Below are positions 48,274-64,000 of a DNA stretch of 64,000 bases, in pieces (position 1 is the stretch's first letter; each line of letters starts with the position of its first letter). Source of the stretch: Cyanophora paradoxa CCMP329 (lineage: Eukaryota > Plantae > Glaucophyta); assembly GCA_004431415.1 (NCBI GenBank), contig QPMI01000049.1, positions 62,001 through 126,000 of the forward strand. The letters run 5' to 3'. Both the position numbers and the translations under genes were made by a program. The notes under the pieces were generated by a model. It did no database searches and was not told the DNA's origin. It saw only the letters and a program-made list of their open reading frames with translations.

Positions 48274-49544
48274 ATGCAGAGCACAGCGGCGCCCAGCGCC
48301 GTGGCTGCTGTCACGGCGCCGGTTGGAGCTCTCGATATTTGCGGCTGGAGAGTCTCGGCGAAGCGTGGGCCGATCCTGACAAGCGCCGAAGTCGAGAGGC
48401 GCGCCCCAAGCTACGCCGTTCCTCGTCGACACCACTGACGCGCGAACGGCCGCTAGGTGGCAGAAAGACCTCGACATGAACGCGCTTCCAGAAATGGTAA
48501 ACGCACCGCCGGCGCACATCCTCGCCGCCAACGCTCGCACGCAGGTGTTCGGGGCCAGCAGCCTCGCCTTCGAGCACGTCGCGACGAGCGCGCGCTTCAG
48601 TTTCAGCGCATTCGACGCATTACAGGCCGTGGGAAAGCCGGAACGCGACTTACAAGTGTGTGCCGCAGCGCTATGGTCGCAGAGAAAGTGCGTGTCCTTA
48701 TGATTATGTTATCCAAGCCGCATCATTCACGGTCTGCAGGAATCCAGAGAGCGTAAAGGAGAAACTACATCTGAATTTCGATTGGACTTTCTCGACCAAA
48801 TATAGGGGCACCGTTTCGAAGGTGAGACGTCTGCAAGCTGAATTGTTCGAAGAACCTGCTGAGGTTCTCTTGTTGGGTCAGCTTGAGTCGACGCCAACCC
48901 TGGAGAGGATCAATGTAGAACAACTGAAGGTCGGACCAATGGGTTTCATCCATCTTTTGTTCGCAATAAGTTTTCGCTGCATGCGCATGCAGGTTCCAGA
49001 CCCGATCCTCTTCTTTGAGGACATTGTGTTATTCGAAGATGAGCTGCATGATAACGGCATCTCACTGTTGACTGTCAAGACGGTGCGAATTGAATCAGCT
49101 GCGCTTATTTTCCAGATGCTATGATCTGACCCGTGCCACACAATGGCCGCAGAGAGTCATGCCCAAATACTTCCTAGCTCTGCTCCGATTCTACCTCCGT
49201 GTGGATGGCGTTCTAGTTCGAATTGCAGACACGCGGGTCTACCATGAATTTGGGGCTGCACATGTGCTTCGTGAGTATCGTCTTCAAGAAGCACAGGAGG
49301 CGGTTTGTAATTGGTTTCACTGCGACTTCTGTACACCGCATATCTGACTCTCGTTTAACGCTTTGAAGGCTCTAACAGAGGAACAACGTTCAGTACTCCG
49401 CGACCCCCAGGTTCGTGTTCGGGATCCCAATAACGGATTCAAATTATTCTTTCAACTCTCGGCTCATCGATTTCTGGGCAGGCCCTGTCAGAGCAGCTGC
49501 CCGTTGTTGCACATGAAGCAGAGAAATTTGAGCTGAAATTATAG
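48274..49544 (+). CDS. TIPRL: TIP41-like PP2A regulator
   Basis: GWRVSAKRGPILTS, LPEM|VFG, FDWTFSTKYRG, DPILFFEDIVLFEDELHDNGIS, RVMP...LLRFYLRVDGVLVRIADTRVYHEF. Confidence 0.94.
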
Positions 49545-49871
49545 CATTCCGGGCTACGTGCCCTTCACCTTCCACCAGCAAGCTGGCCATGGCCAGCCGG
49601 GCCCTGCATGGTCCCCTAAGGAGAGTAATATATAATGCGCTTCCGTGGACACATCTAGCTACAGGTGCCCGCACAGCGGGTGCGGAATCGCGTCTTGAGG
49701 CGGCAGGGGTCGTCTCGGGGCGGTGGCGGGGGCCCCTACGGTAAATCTATGCCCGGGGATCAACTGCGTCTAAATCGAAATCGAAAATCTATTGCTCTTC
49801 TGGGCCGAGGTTCGGCCCTGTCGCGAAGGCTCGGCCATTCCCGAGGAATCCAGTCTCCCCACCGCATCGCG

Positions 49872-50315
49872 TCAATGAAAGGCTGGGGTTGCCTTCAGCT
49901 CGATGCGCGCATCTGCGACTGCCACGCCATTGGCCTCGCATAGTACGTTGGCAGAGAAGGAGCCGGTAAGTGGGTCGGGCTGGTCGGAAATGCGCGCCGT
50001 GATCAAAACTTCGCCAGTGCCTAGCACTGGCGATCGAAACCGAGCTTCAACTATTTTCGCAATCCATATACAACCGGCTGAGCTCGTCGAACTGAGCAGC
50101 GCGGCCTGGGCGACGGATCGCGCTGCCCCCAACAGCGCCACCGCGGGGAGCACGGGCCGGTTCGGGAAGTGTCCCTGCACACAAAGCTGAGATCGGCAGG
50201 AAGAGCGTGGCGGCGCACGTACGCTATTTCTCTCCGCCACCGCGCGGAAGGCAGCTGTTGCGCAGCAGCTCGAGCGGGACACAACGCCGATTGGTTGAAG
50301 AAGAGCTCTTAGCAT
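49872..50315 (-). CDS. Hot-dog fold FabZ/FabA-like 3-hydroxyacyl-ACP dehydratase-like protein (5' structure uncertain)
   Basis: GHFPNRPVLPAV and IVEARFRSPV motifs; Arg/Ser-rich N-terminus resembles an organellar presequence. Confidence 0.7.
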   Translation of the reverse strand: MLRALLQPIGVVSRSSCCATAAFRAVAERNSVRAPPRSSCRSQLCVQGHFPNRPVLPAVALLGAARSVAQAALLSSTSSAGCIWIAKIVEARFRSPVLGTGEVLITARISDQPDPLTGSFSANVLCEANGVAVADARIELKATPAFH

Positions 50316-50367
50316 CCAGCTGGGAAGGCGCTCAGAGAGGCTGCAGATGCCAGCTGCCCCAGCTAAA

Positions 50368-50575
50368 CTGCAGACGACCTCGAACGTTTCCTCTAGGCCT
50401 CGACCCTCTCTCTACGGAGACCGCACGCTCGCGCGGGTCCTGCAGCTAAAGTACGGCGCCCTCCAAGTTCTCAGCGGGGGTACCTCGTCGTTGCGCGTCC
50501 GCCTCCGGAACCTCGGAGGGCAGCAGAGCGCCTTTCAGGGAGCGTTCGTTGACGCAGCCGGAGCGCTTAGCTAGG
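50368..50575 (+). repeat. 208-bp element, copy B, in the FabZ-like/RPAP3 divergent intergenic region
   Basis: Inverted copy of 48059-48266. Confidence 0.92.
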
Positions 50576-50646
50576 CTGCAAGGGCTTCTCGTTGCGGCCT
50601 GTCCTCTTGATCGAAAGTAGCTCGTCGCGCTAGCCATAGCACCAAC

Positions 50647-52667
50647 ATGAGCGCCCAAGTTCAGCTACAGATGAGGCAGAATGTGGAGGAGCTGCAGGTC
50701 TTTCGCGCACCAGCCGCTCGCGCGCCTGACGCTCACTCCAGAACATTCGCAGGACTTCCTCTCGGACCTTGCGACGTGGGAGAAGGACATCAAGAAGAAG
50801 GACGAGAAGTTGCGCACGGGAAGCAGCGCCTCATCAGCTTCCGGCGTGCGCAGCTTGAATTATCCGAGTGTACGTGCCGTGATGCTTGCGCAGATGCCGC
50901 CCGTCCGGGGTGCGAAGGCCCCAGTACGCACTGACGCAGGCGCACCGGCCGCCAAGCCTTCTAAACCCGCCAAGATCAAAGATAAGACTCAGCCTATCCG
51001 TCCGAAGAACTACATGTCCTACGGCGAATGGGACAAGTTCGACGCGGTGCGCGCGCAGTTTGTATACGGCCCGTTCTGGCAATCTTTGATTCCGCGTAGG
51101 ACAAAGCGCTTGAAGAAGCGAGCTCGGAATCCGAGGCGACGACGGACGAGGTCCCCATTCCTCCGCCAGCCCCCATCCCCCGACCAGCGTCGACGTCGCC
51201 GCCCGTGAAGCCGTCGTCTTCGTCGCCGACTCCGAAGCCATCTTTTTCAGAAATTAAAGCCTCACAGGCAGAGGCAGAAAAAGAAAAGGTGCGTCAGCCT
51301 CACAGGCGGAAACTGCTCAGGAACCCAAATGTGGGCCGCAGGGGAATAGTTTCTTCAAGCAGGGGAGCTATGTGGAGGCAATCGCGGCGTATACGGAGAG
51401 CCTCCGCCTTCAGCCCGACAACGCAATCGTCCACGCCAACCGCTCTATGGCCCTGATCAAACTGGAGAGGCAAGCTGTCTAAAATCCTACGTCCCATGTT
51501 TGTAACACTGGCCAAACAGGTGGGCGGAGGCTGAAGCCGATGCCTCAGCCTCGATAGCTCTGGATCCCAAGTATGTAAAAGCATACGTTCGGCGGGCCAC
51601 AGCAAGCTCCGCCCTTGGAAAGCACCTGGCTGCTGTGCATGGCAAGTCACTCATACACTCTCACCATCGAAGTTTCCTGATCCATGTCCTTCGCAGATTT
51701 CCAGAAAGCACTTGAACTCGATCCTCCAAACAAGGATGCCAAGGATGGGCTGGCGAAGGCACGGGTCCAAGTACTTGAGCAGGAGAAGTCTGCTGCTGCC
51801 AAGGTGCATGCAGTACTTGCAGCCCCCCCCCCCCCCCCCCCCCCTCCAAGCGATTTCTAATGTACTTCCTTTCCAGGCAAGCGCACCTGTGCGCAGAAAG
51901 CGGATGATCATTCGCGAGGTCGAGAGCGAGACAGCGCCTGAAGGATCTCAATCAACAGAAGATGCCCCCTTATCCACAGCCGATAAACAGCAGGTTTCAG
52001 CAAGCACTGTTTCCTACATCGCTGAAAGCAAACCAGCCCTTGTGAAGCCGCCCGTACAAGCCTTTTCAGCAAAAGAGGAGCAGGCCGCCTCCAGCAGCAC
52101 AGCCGCCGCCAGCAGCGCTGAGAAGCCCTCACCGGCCCCTGTGAAGCCTCCTGCGAATGCTCCAATAAAGAGCATTTCTCCAAAGCCGGTCGCTCAGGTG
52201 TCTCTAAAAGCACCCACATCTGCAATCGAGTTCGAACGTACATGGAACCAGCTCAAGAGTGCTTCAGCCCAGGCAGAATTCTTGAAGGTGCTCATGCTTT
52301 CGATATCTGTAATATATTGCTGAGCGCCTGCACAGCTCGTTCAGGTCGACGCGTTTCCGAAAGTCCTAAAGGAGTTTCTTGATGGCGAGCTCATCTCGTG
52401 CATAGTCGATGTGCTCAAACAATGTTTTACAGGGTATGTCTGCACCTGTTTGCAACCTCTTAAGTTGAAACTCATAGGGCATTTCTTGACAGCGATTCCG
52501 CCCTGGGGGCCCTCGACATCCTCGAAGGCCTCAGCAAGTGCCCCCGCTTCAAAACTGCGGTCGGGTTCCTCACCAAGCAAGAAAAGGCGGACATCCGGGC
52601 CGTTCTGGCTCCACTCGAAGCGCAGCACCCTGACCGTGTCCGGTCTGTAGTCGCCTTGTACTCCTGA
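50647..52667 (+). CDS. RPAP3: RNA polymerase II-associated protein 3 (R2TP co-chaperone; TPR and RPAP3_C domains)
   Basis: QLQMRQNVEELQ|DFLSDLATWEKDIKKKD, YGEWDKFD, TPRs (EKEK|GNSFFKQG...ANRSMALIKL...YVKAYVRRA), PTSAIEFERTW, LSKCPRF. Confidence 0.92.
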
Positions 52668-53061
52668 ATAATGAGCTCAAGAGAAGCAAAGAATGTGAAA
52701 AGCAGAGCCATGCAACGAGGGCTTCAAGTTGAGCAGCTGCCTTCCAATTCCAGCTGTCATGCAATGGCCATGGCGAGGTCTATAGCTAGGGCCGCACCGG
52801 TATACGTACCTATAGCTATAGCTAGGCCTATAGCTATATAGCTACCGTTTGGAATGAGCTGCATATGCATATGCATGCGGCAGGCAATGCGAATTCAAAA
52901 TACCACATTTTTGCGAACGGAGCGCAGCCGCTGAGTCACCTACCCCCCCCCCTCCCTAACAGCCCAGGGATACTCGTACGTGTCAGCCGCGCTAAGTCGC
53001 AGTTCGAATCGAAAGCAAGTGCGGGGTGCTGGAAGGCTGCGAATCGGCGAGACTGCCGAGG

Positions 53062-54168
53062 ATGGAGTCAGACGCCTGGTCGGCAGTAGGCAGCGTGCGG
53101 GCGGACCCGAGCTCTGCGGACCCCAGCTGTGCAGACGGCTCGCGCGTTGTTTACGACCGGTACGCGCTCTAGCTTCTCTGCACGGGCCAGGGCCGACGGC
53201 GGCCACGCCGGCGACGAGGCCAACGCTGTCTAGCTAAGGAGGCTAAGAAGCTAAGAAGGGCCGCTCAGCTCGCTGCGCATCTCTGAGCTGCAGACTGCTG
53301 TCTTAACTGATCCTTTGCCATGCAGCGAGGTTCCTTTCGAATTGAGGAGCCCGGTTAGTCGAGCGCTGAACTCGTGGCTTTTCAAATCGAGAAACGTGCT
53401 GATCTGACGCTGCACCCAGGAAACTCTCGACGGTACCAGCGACGTCGGCGCGCTTGAGGCGGTCCGGGTCAAGATCCTCATCAACGACAGCCCCAACACC
53501 TGCCGCATCGAGCTGACCTCCGAGAACGAGTTCGTCTTCTTGGAGTGCACACGCGCTTATCGCCTGTGCTGAATATGCAATCAGCCTCTTCTTCCACTTC
53601 ACCTCCAGCTACGATGAGGCGGCGTTCAGAGTCTTGTCAGAGCGGCAAAAACTGATGGTTGATTGGGTAGAGTTCCCCAACCTCCTCTTCAAGATGTTGA
53701 ACGGTCTGCTTATCTAGAGCAGACGACGTTCTCTCGCTGATCTTCCGTTCAGCATGCATCAAGGAGCCACACACGCATCTGGCAGTATTCGTCATTAGCC
53801 CCCAGGGTGGGGCTCGACTCGATTTTATTCAGGCCCGTGATCATGAGCGTGTCGATCCAAGGCCGCCCTGTTTTTTGTCTGAGGCGGCCACAGAATATGG
53901 AGTACAAGTTTGTTGAGCTGCTCTCGATGGACTTCTTTGCCAGCTCCGACGACATTGTAAGGGCAGCCGTGACATGGAGGTACAACACGCTCAAGAACAA
54001 ACTTGCAATTCTTCAAGCGCGCCTGCAGGATGTGCGAAATCTTGGCGCAGCTTATTTTTTGGTGGTCCTCTTCTAATGTTCTTGCAGGTGAACAACTTGG
54101 TGAAGATCAAGAGCCCTTCTTTACTTCTGCAGCTGCAGAAGACTCCGCCGAAGCTTCCCAAGAAATGA
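53062..54168 (+). CDS. SAS6L: SAS-6-like protein (SAS-6 head-domain paralogue)
   Basis: DPSCADGSRVVYDR|EVPFELR, RIELTSEND|LFFHF, QKLMVD, LDFIQ|NMEYKFVELLS, PSLLLQLQK; only a short coiled-coil. Confidence 0.85.
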
Positions 54169-54310
54169 TTCTCTTTTGACATGTTCATGTGTGCCATGCA
54201 AATGAGCAGCAAGCTCGCTCTGCCCTCCGTGCACTGTTTCTCAACTGTTAGGGAGGTATCGATCTTATCCGCATTTGGACACGTACTAAAACGCAGGTCC
54301 GGGCTACAAG

Positions 54311-54465
54311 TCATCAGATCAAAGCTAAGACGTCCTAATCACGATCGTAATCGCAGATCTCAGAGTCTAGATCTAGATCAAGGACGCCCCGGCCCAGCTA
54401 ATCGTAATCGCAGATCAAAGCTAGTAATTACGATCGTAATCGCAGATCTAGATCAAGGACGCCCG
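54311..54465. repeat. Patchwork of short local duplications (cagatcaaagcta x2, atcgtaatcgcagatc x3, agatctagatcaaggacgccc x2)
   Basis: Direct inspection. Confidence 0.75.
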
Positions 54466-54858
54466 TGTGACCTGCGCGGTGCGCACCTGGGGCGCGTCTT
54501 GGGAGGAAGCCCCTACAGGCCCTTGTATCCGGATATATTGCAATTGATCGACAGTTGTAAGATTAAAGCAGTGATTTGATCTCAGGGGTACGCAGCTACT
54601 GCGAGCTGCGCCGCGTCGACCGGCCGACGGACGCGGCAGTGCGCTTGCGATAGGCGCTTAGCGACTGGGCCGACTGAAAGCATCGCAATCTTCCGGTGCG
54701 CGCGGGACTCCTTGCGCGCCGAAGCCAGACCAACAGCCTCATCTTTTCAGGCTGTTGATGAAAGCTGCGATTGCCTCTCCTGTCTGATACCCGGTTCCTA
54801 TGCTCGCGCTGCGCAGGCCGTGCAGCGTCTGCCACAGGCAGCGCACCGCGACTTTGTA

Positions 54859-57519
54859 ATGCCGGCGTGGGAACTGCCCGGCGGGGTCGGCGTTGGACTT
54901 TCTGTCAACAACTCACTCACGCGCAGCAAGGCGCGCACGCCGCCGCGCCCGTGTCGTCCCCGCTGATGGTTGATCGTGACAGGTCGAGTTCCGGCCGAGG
55001 AACGGCCGCCGCGTGAAGTGGTACACGTGCGGGCCGACTGTTTACGATGCCTCGCACGTGGGTCACGCCCGGTGCGGTCTGCTTCGCCTGCAGCTAAACG
55101 CAGTTCTAACGCAGCTGCGTAGCAACTACGTGACCTTCGACATCCTGCGGCGCATCGTCGAGGATTACCTGAACTACGATGTCGTTCTGGTCATGAACGT
55201 GACGGATATTGACGATAAGATCATCATCCGGTCGCGGGAGCGTTCAATCCCGTTCACTCAGCTCGCTCGCCAGTACGAGCAGGAATTTTTCGAGGACATG
55301 AAGGCGCTCGGGGTGCGTGTGGCATGCGTAGGGAGCACGGAAGCGCACGGAGTCTAACGAAGGTCCTGCAGGTCCGGCCTCCCGATGTAATCACGCGTGT
55401 CAGCGAGTACATTCCCGAGATCGTAACATACATAGAGAAGATCATTTCGAACGGCTTCGCGTATGCCTCGAACGGGAGTGTGTACTTCGACACCGTCAAG
55501 TTCGCCTCCGACCCTACCCATCAATACGCAAAAATGCACGGCTGCTCCGAGCAATCGCTTGTTGACGAGGCCGAAGGTGCGGGTTTCACCTCTCACTCTC
55601 TCCCTCCTCCTCTCCTCCGATGATTAGTCTTTCTCGTGTGCCTCCTCCACTTTTTCAAAATACGCGCTCTGCAGGATCGCTCTCCCAGGACCGGCCTGAC
55701 GAGAAGCGGAACTCTGGAGATTTCGCCCTTTGGAAGCGATCGAAAGAGGGCGAGCCCTCCTGGGACTCGCCCTGGGGTCCAGGGCGCCCTGGCTGGCATA
55801 TTGAGTGCTCGGCAATGGCAAGGTTAGCTTCCTTTTTATCGATGTTGCTTGTAATCCCAACTCAGAGAATATGGCTGTGCAGTGACATCTTTGGAGAGAA
55901 CATGGATGTTCATGCAGGAGGCATCGACCTGCGCTTTCCCCATCATGACAACGAGCTGGCTCAGGCCGAGGTGATTGTGCATGTTTAGAAGAGAACTTTT
56001 CAATCTTGACTGTGTTTTTGTTTCAGGCGTATTACCAACACAATCAGTGGGTTAACTACTTCCTCCATTCCGGCCATCTCCACATTGAGGGTTGCAAAAT
56101 GTCGAAGTCTCTCAAAAATTTCATCACGATCAAGGCAGGCACAGTATCGCAACTTCGTGCTGTCGAGCTGTTGCTAACTTCCGTTTAGGGTGCTCTGAAT
56201 GGTGGCTTCACTGCTAGGCAGATGCGGTTGCTGTTCCTTCTCCATCGATATGACCAGCCCCTTGATTACTCTGATGGCACGGTGGAGCGGGCACGGGTGG
56301 CAGACCGTCTGTTCTCAGAGTTCTTCCTGAACGTCAAAGTCGCTCTCCGTTCAGCGGCGTCAGTGGCCAACACAAGCGAGAAGCTTCGTCCCGAGGACCG
56401 GACCCTTTATGACAAGTGCATTCCATTGGTTCAGTTTCTAGCGTGCTTTTAATTGGCCCTTTGCAGCCTGCTGCAGCGGAAGGCTGCCGTGCATGCTGCT
56501 ATTCTCGACAACTTCAACACGCCCCTGGTACCTGATTCTATAGAACAGAGGATGAAGCTTCACGTCTAATCCTCACCAGGCAATGAACGAGATGTCCGAG
56601 CTCGTGAGAGCAACGAACGTGTACCTTGCCGAAGTGAAGGATATCAACAGCACTGTTCTGTCAAGCATTGCATCTTTCATTACGACCATGTTTAAGGTCT
56701 GTGTCTCCTTGAACCTACTTGTAGGAAGGGGTGTGTGGGTGATGTGCCGCTTTTGCAGGTTTTCGGCTGCATCCCTGATGGCGAAATTGGCTTCCCGGCT
56801 GGCGACGGGACGCAAAATGTGCTTGTGGATTTTCCGAATTCTCTCATATTGCGTTAGCCTGAACGCTCTCCAGATTGAGCAGGCTCTGACGCCTTTCCTC
56901 AACTCATTTTCGCAATTCCGGGATAATGTCCGGGCGGCAGCTCGGCAAAAGGGTGCGCCCCTGCAGTGTTCTTTTTTCAAAATTGTCCGGGGCTAGTGCG
57001 ATAAAAATTTCCACAGATCTCGGCCAGGTCCTTCAGGCCTGTGACCAAGTTCGTGACGACACAATGCCAGAGCTCGGTGTACGCATGGAGGACACTCCTT
57101 CGGGCATCTCCATCTGGAAGCTCGATGACAAGGAGAAGCTGCTTCGTGAACGCGAAGCGAAGCGTGCTGTTCGTTTCTGCTGCAAAGTCTCGCAGTGGAT
57201 TTTGGTTTCTGATGCGTTCACACAGGAGGCTGCTCAGAAGCAGCAGGAGGCAGAGAGAAAGGCTGCTGAGAAGGCAAAGAAAGCCGAGGAGGCGCGGCTG
57301 AAGGCACTCGAGAAGGAGGCCAAGGCCGCCATCAAGCCCTCTGAGATGTTTAGATCGATGACGGACAAGTTCTCTCAGTTTGACGAGCAAGGCATCCCGA
57401 CCCACACAGCTGATGGCCAGCCTGTGAGCAAGAGCTCAAGGAAGCAGCTTGAGAAGGACTTCCAGAAGCAGGTAAAGGACCACGAGGAATACCTGAAGAA
57501 GAAGGAAGCACAGCCGTAG
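54859..57519 (+). CDS. CARS1: Cysteine--tRNA ligase, eukaryotic cytosolic type (start codon uncertain)
   Basis: NSLTRSK|, [68 protein letters not shown], eukaryote-type C-terminal extension. Confidence 0.96.
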
Positions 57520-58108
57520 TCCCAGAAACACAGCTAGTCCCAGGTATTGACCGATTCGAGCCGAATCCAAAACAAAAACTAGTGTGCCAAAAGGGCTTAG
57601 TGTTTGGACACGAACTAAATCACAAGGATCGGGCCGGAACTTAGAAGTAGTAACTTAGTAATTGGGGAAAGTGCAATTGCTTTGGCAACGTTAACAATGT
57701 TGCCACTGGCCCCTGCAACCAGTGCTAGCAAGCTACAGATGCCCAGATGGAACTCTGAACTGAGCTCGAGAAGTTTGATTTCGAATTCGTTTCCGTCTGG
57801 TTCGCTTCTGAATTCGTTTCCGAAGGCTGACACCAAGTGACGCGAATAAACGTTGAAAATCGCATCGTCCGGGCTACGAGCCACTGATCATGAGTGTGGG
57901 ATGTACAGTAGTATACGCACCACAGCACTGCGTCATGAAAAGTCATTTAATTTTCATGTCGTGGGCCCAGGGCCCATCAAAGACGCCCCACCTAGCTTCG
58001 CCAACACGTTAACTCCGAACTCCAATTTCGAGAGGTACATTTTTCGATTTCGAGAGCTACATCCGATGATCGTGCATTCGCTTGAAAGAAACCCAGAGAG
58101 GGTTATAC

Positions 58109-61701
<3,593 letters not shown>

Positions 61702-61892
61702 CGATCTCTTCCGCCTGATCCGCAGCGCTCGCCCGAGTGCGACCCTTCGATTTCGCCTTCAACGCCTTGTTCTCAGCGGGTACCGAGAATCGGTTCGCTG
61801 CGAGGACGAGCTTGCAGCGGCCTGCACCTTCGACCTCGTCCGTAGTTGCTTTGAGGCTGTGCGAAGCCGTGCGCGCCACTAGCGCCGTCGCT

Positions 61893-64000
61893 ATGGCGCC
61901 GGCGGAGGCGGAGGCGCCTCGCGCGGCCGCGGCGTCTCCCAGCGCAAAGGCAGACGATGCGCCAGCTTCGAGTCTTGATAAGGTCTCGTTCGGCCTGTCT
62001 ACGGCGGCGGGTCTCGTTGGGCTCAGCGTGTTCGTCCGCCTCGCCACCTTCGTGACGAACATCCTCATCGCCCGCGTTGTCGGGCCTGCCGTTTACGGGG
62101 TGCGCCTCGCGCTCAGATTGCGCGCGCGTGCTTAGAATGATGCGTACGCACAGCTGGCGCAAGTGCAGTTCCAGTTCATGCTGGCGTTCGTCATGCAGAT
62201 CAGCAAGGAGGGTGTTCGCAGGGCGACATCGACCGTCTCTCTGTCGTGAATTCCGTGAGGTTGCCTGATCCGTCTCCCCGCCCGACGAGCCCTTGCAGAC
62301 GCGAGGAGTGTTACAAGGGCACGAATCAGATGCGATCAATTGTCAACCTCGCATGGGGCGGCATGGGCATCAGCGGGGTAGCTGCCGTGACCATGGGTCT
62401 CATCTTCTTGGGGAATCATCGTTATGAAGAGGACTCCGATTTGTCAGCAGCGTCGTTCTGGCACGCAACCGTGATCTATGGTGCTCGTTTTCTTTGTGCA
62501 GGAGCAAGCACTGACGATACTAATATCGTGCCAGCCGCCGCGGCAGTGCTGGAAACGTCTGCAGAGCCCGCTTTTACTTTGGCCCAGGTTAGTTTTGATG
62601 GGGATTGTTTGCTTGCACCGCCAACAATGCGCCAGGCCAGAGCACAGCAGCATCTCCGGGTATCTGCCGAGGCATTTGCCACTGTTGCCCGCTGTATATC
62701 GACAGTGCTCTTTCTACGCAGCCGAATCGTTCGTCATGCTTTTACAGAGTGCCTTTAATAAACATTAACCCTTCAATAGGCACCTCTGGTCGCCCTTGCA
62801 GGAGCCCAGGCAGTATATGGCGCCTTCCTCTCCATCTCGCTCAGCTTTCGGGTTCTCCAGAGCAATGCACTCCAACTAAAGGCCATTTTACCAAGCTTTC
62901 AGTGAGCCACGTTCATCTTTCAGCCCTTTCCTCGGTCACTTACGTGTGCTCATAGTGTAGATGCAGTGGATCCCCCACTATTGTCGTTGGCGGGCACATT
63001 TTGCCTCCAGTCCATCTTTCGCTTCGGTCTTAGTGAAGGGGAGCGTGCCGTGCTCTCGTTCTCCAAAATCACCGAGCTTATACATAGAGGGGAGTACGCA
63101 CTTGTGAACAACCTCGGTCTGTACTTTCTTTGCTCTCTCTTCTGAAATCGTTTCCGGGGCATAACGCCAGCATTTGCATGCACCAGGATCGCTTGGAGTG
63201 CGTATGCTCTTGCAGCCAGTCGAGGAAGCCGCCGCGATCACATTTGCAAAGCTGTATGCTGGTGAGGTTTGGTGGATTTAAGCATATGCAGCACTTTGAT
63301 TGGTCCGCAGGCAAGTGGACTGCTGATGCCCAAGCTGCTGCTGCAATGTTTTTGCAGGTACTTCTCAAGACTGGACTTCTACTTGGTACGCATAATCTGC
63401 TGTTCTGGGGCTCTGCTCTTCATGAATGGACGCTGTGCAGGCATCTCAGCCGTAGCAATCGGGTACAATTCGGCAGGATTTGTCATCACCACTTTGTATG
63501 GGTCCAAGGTTTGCAGACATTCGTGTGCTCACGATGGAGCTGTGTTCTAATCTTCAAATAGTGGTCCACGGGGGATGCATCTGTACTCCTTGGCGATTTT
63601 TGCTTGCTGTTCGGCCTCCTGGCAGTAAATGGTGTCATGGAGGCTTTTCTCTCTTCAACGTCTTCCCCTTCCCAGCTTCGGAAGTTCCTCATGTGGCATG
63701 CAAGCGTCTCGGTCGTTTACTTGGTGTCTTGCTTCTTCGTGGTCCCTGTTGTTGGAATGCGGGGCCTCTTCTGGTCGAACGGCTTATGTGCATTTCCTCG
63801 TTACCAATTTTCTTCTGAATGTGGCTCATACGTGTATCAGGCATGTTGTGCCGTATTCTTTTCGCCTGGTTCATTAGCAGACGGTATTTAGAGGTGAGGT
63901 TTGTGTGCTTCCAGTCGTTTCCTTGCGGAAACCGTTGGTTGCAGGGAAGCTCCATCTCGTTTGCGGCCTGCATCCCTTCTCTTTCCTTCCTACTGGCCTC
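61893..64000 (+). CDS. RFT1: Man5GlcNAc2-PP-dolichol translocation protein RFT1 (probably runs off the window end)
   Basis: RLATFVTNILIAR, ISKEGVRRA, LETSAEP, QSIFRFGLSEGE, YALVNNL|GSL..R..LQPVEEA, LLAVNGVMEAF; many transmembrane segments. Confidence 0.9.

Noticed and set aside
48060-48314. Paralogous small proteins encoded by the 208-bp element (also 50347..50574)
   Set aside because: Most differences between the copies are non-synonymous and the N-termini are unrelated, so there is no sign of coding constraint.
54580-54858. N-terminal organellar targeting extension of CysRS
   Set aside because: The frame is open upstream of ATG 54859 but contains no in-frame ATG; cannot be supported without transcript data.

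Overview
Eukaryotic nuclear DNA, GC-rich and very intron-dense (most introns about 45-70 nt), so the ORF track shows only exon fragments; gene models below were assembled by eye across splice sites. A nucleus-encoded plastid ferredoxin with an MAAF- transit peptide, together with flagellar/basal-body genes, points to a flagellated primary alga, most likely a glaucophyte such as Cyanophora (inference). Bases 1 to about 16,300 are repeat-rich and gene-poor (GC minisatellites, palindrome-chain DNA, retroelement-like relics, orphan genes). From about 16,700 to 64,000 the window is tightly packed with genes: SDHAF1, a 12-kb giant GTPase gene, XAP5-like, FdC1-type ferredoxin, TRM13, eIF3a, NKAP, ALYREF, PCO/ADO, CFAP276-like, NOG2, TIP41, FabZ-like, RPAP3, SAS6L, CysRS, USP4/15-like and RFT1. 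Highlights: (1) the giant gene encodes 2x B-box, a VLIG/GBP-type GTPase, Cys/His zinc-finger repeats and a vWA domain, a candidate cell-autonomous immunity protein; (2) two tandem intronic hairpins that pair better on the transcribed strand; (3) a 208-bp element present as inverted copies in two neighbouring divergent promoters; (4) frequent GC-AG introns; (5) intergenic DNA built from chained short palindromes.
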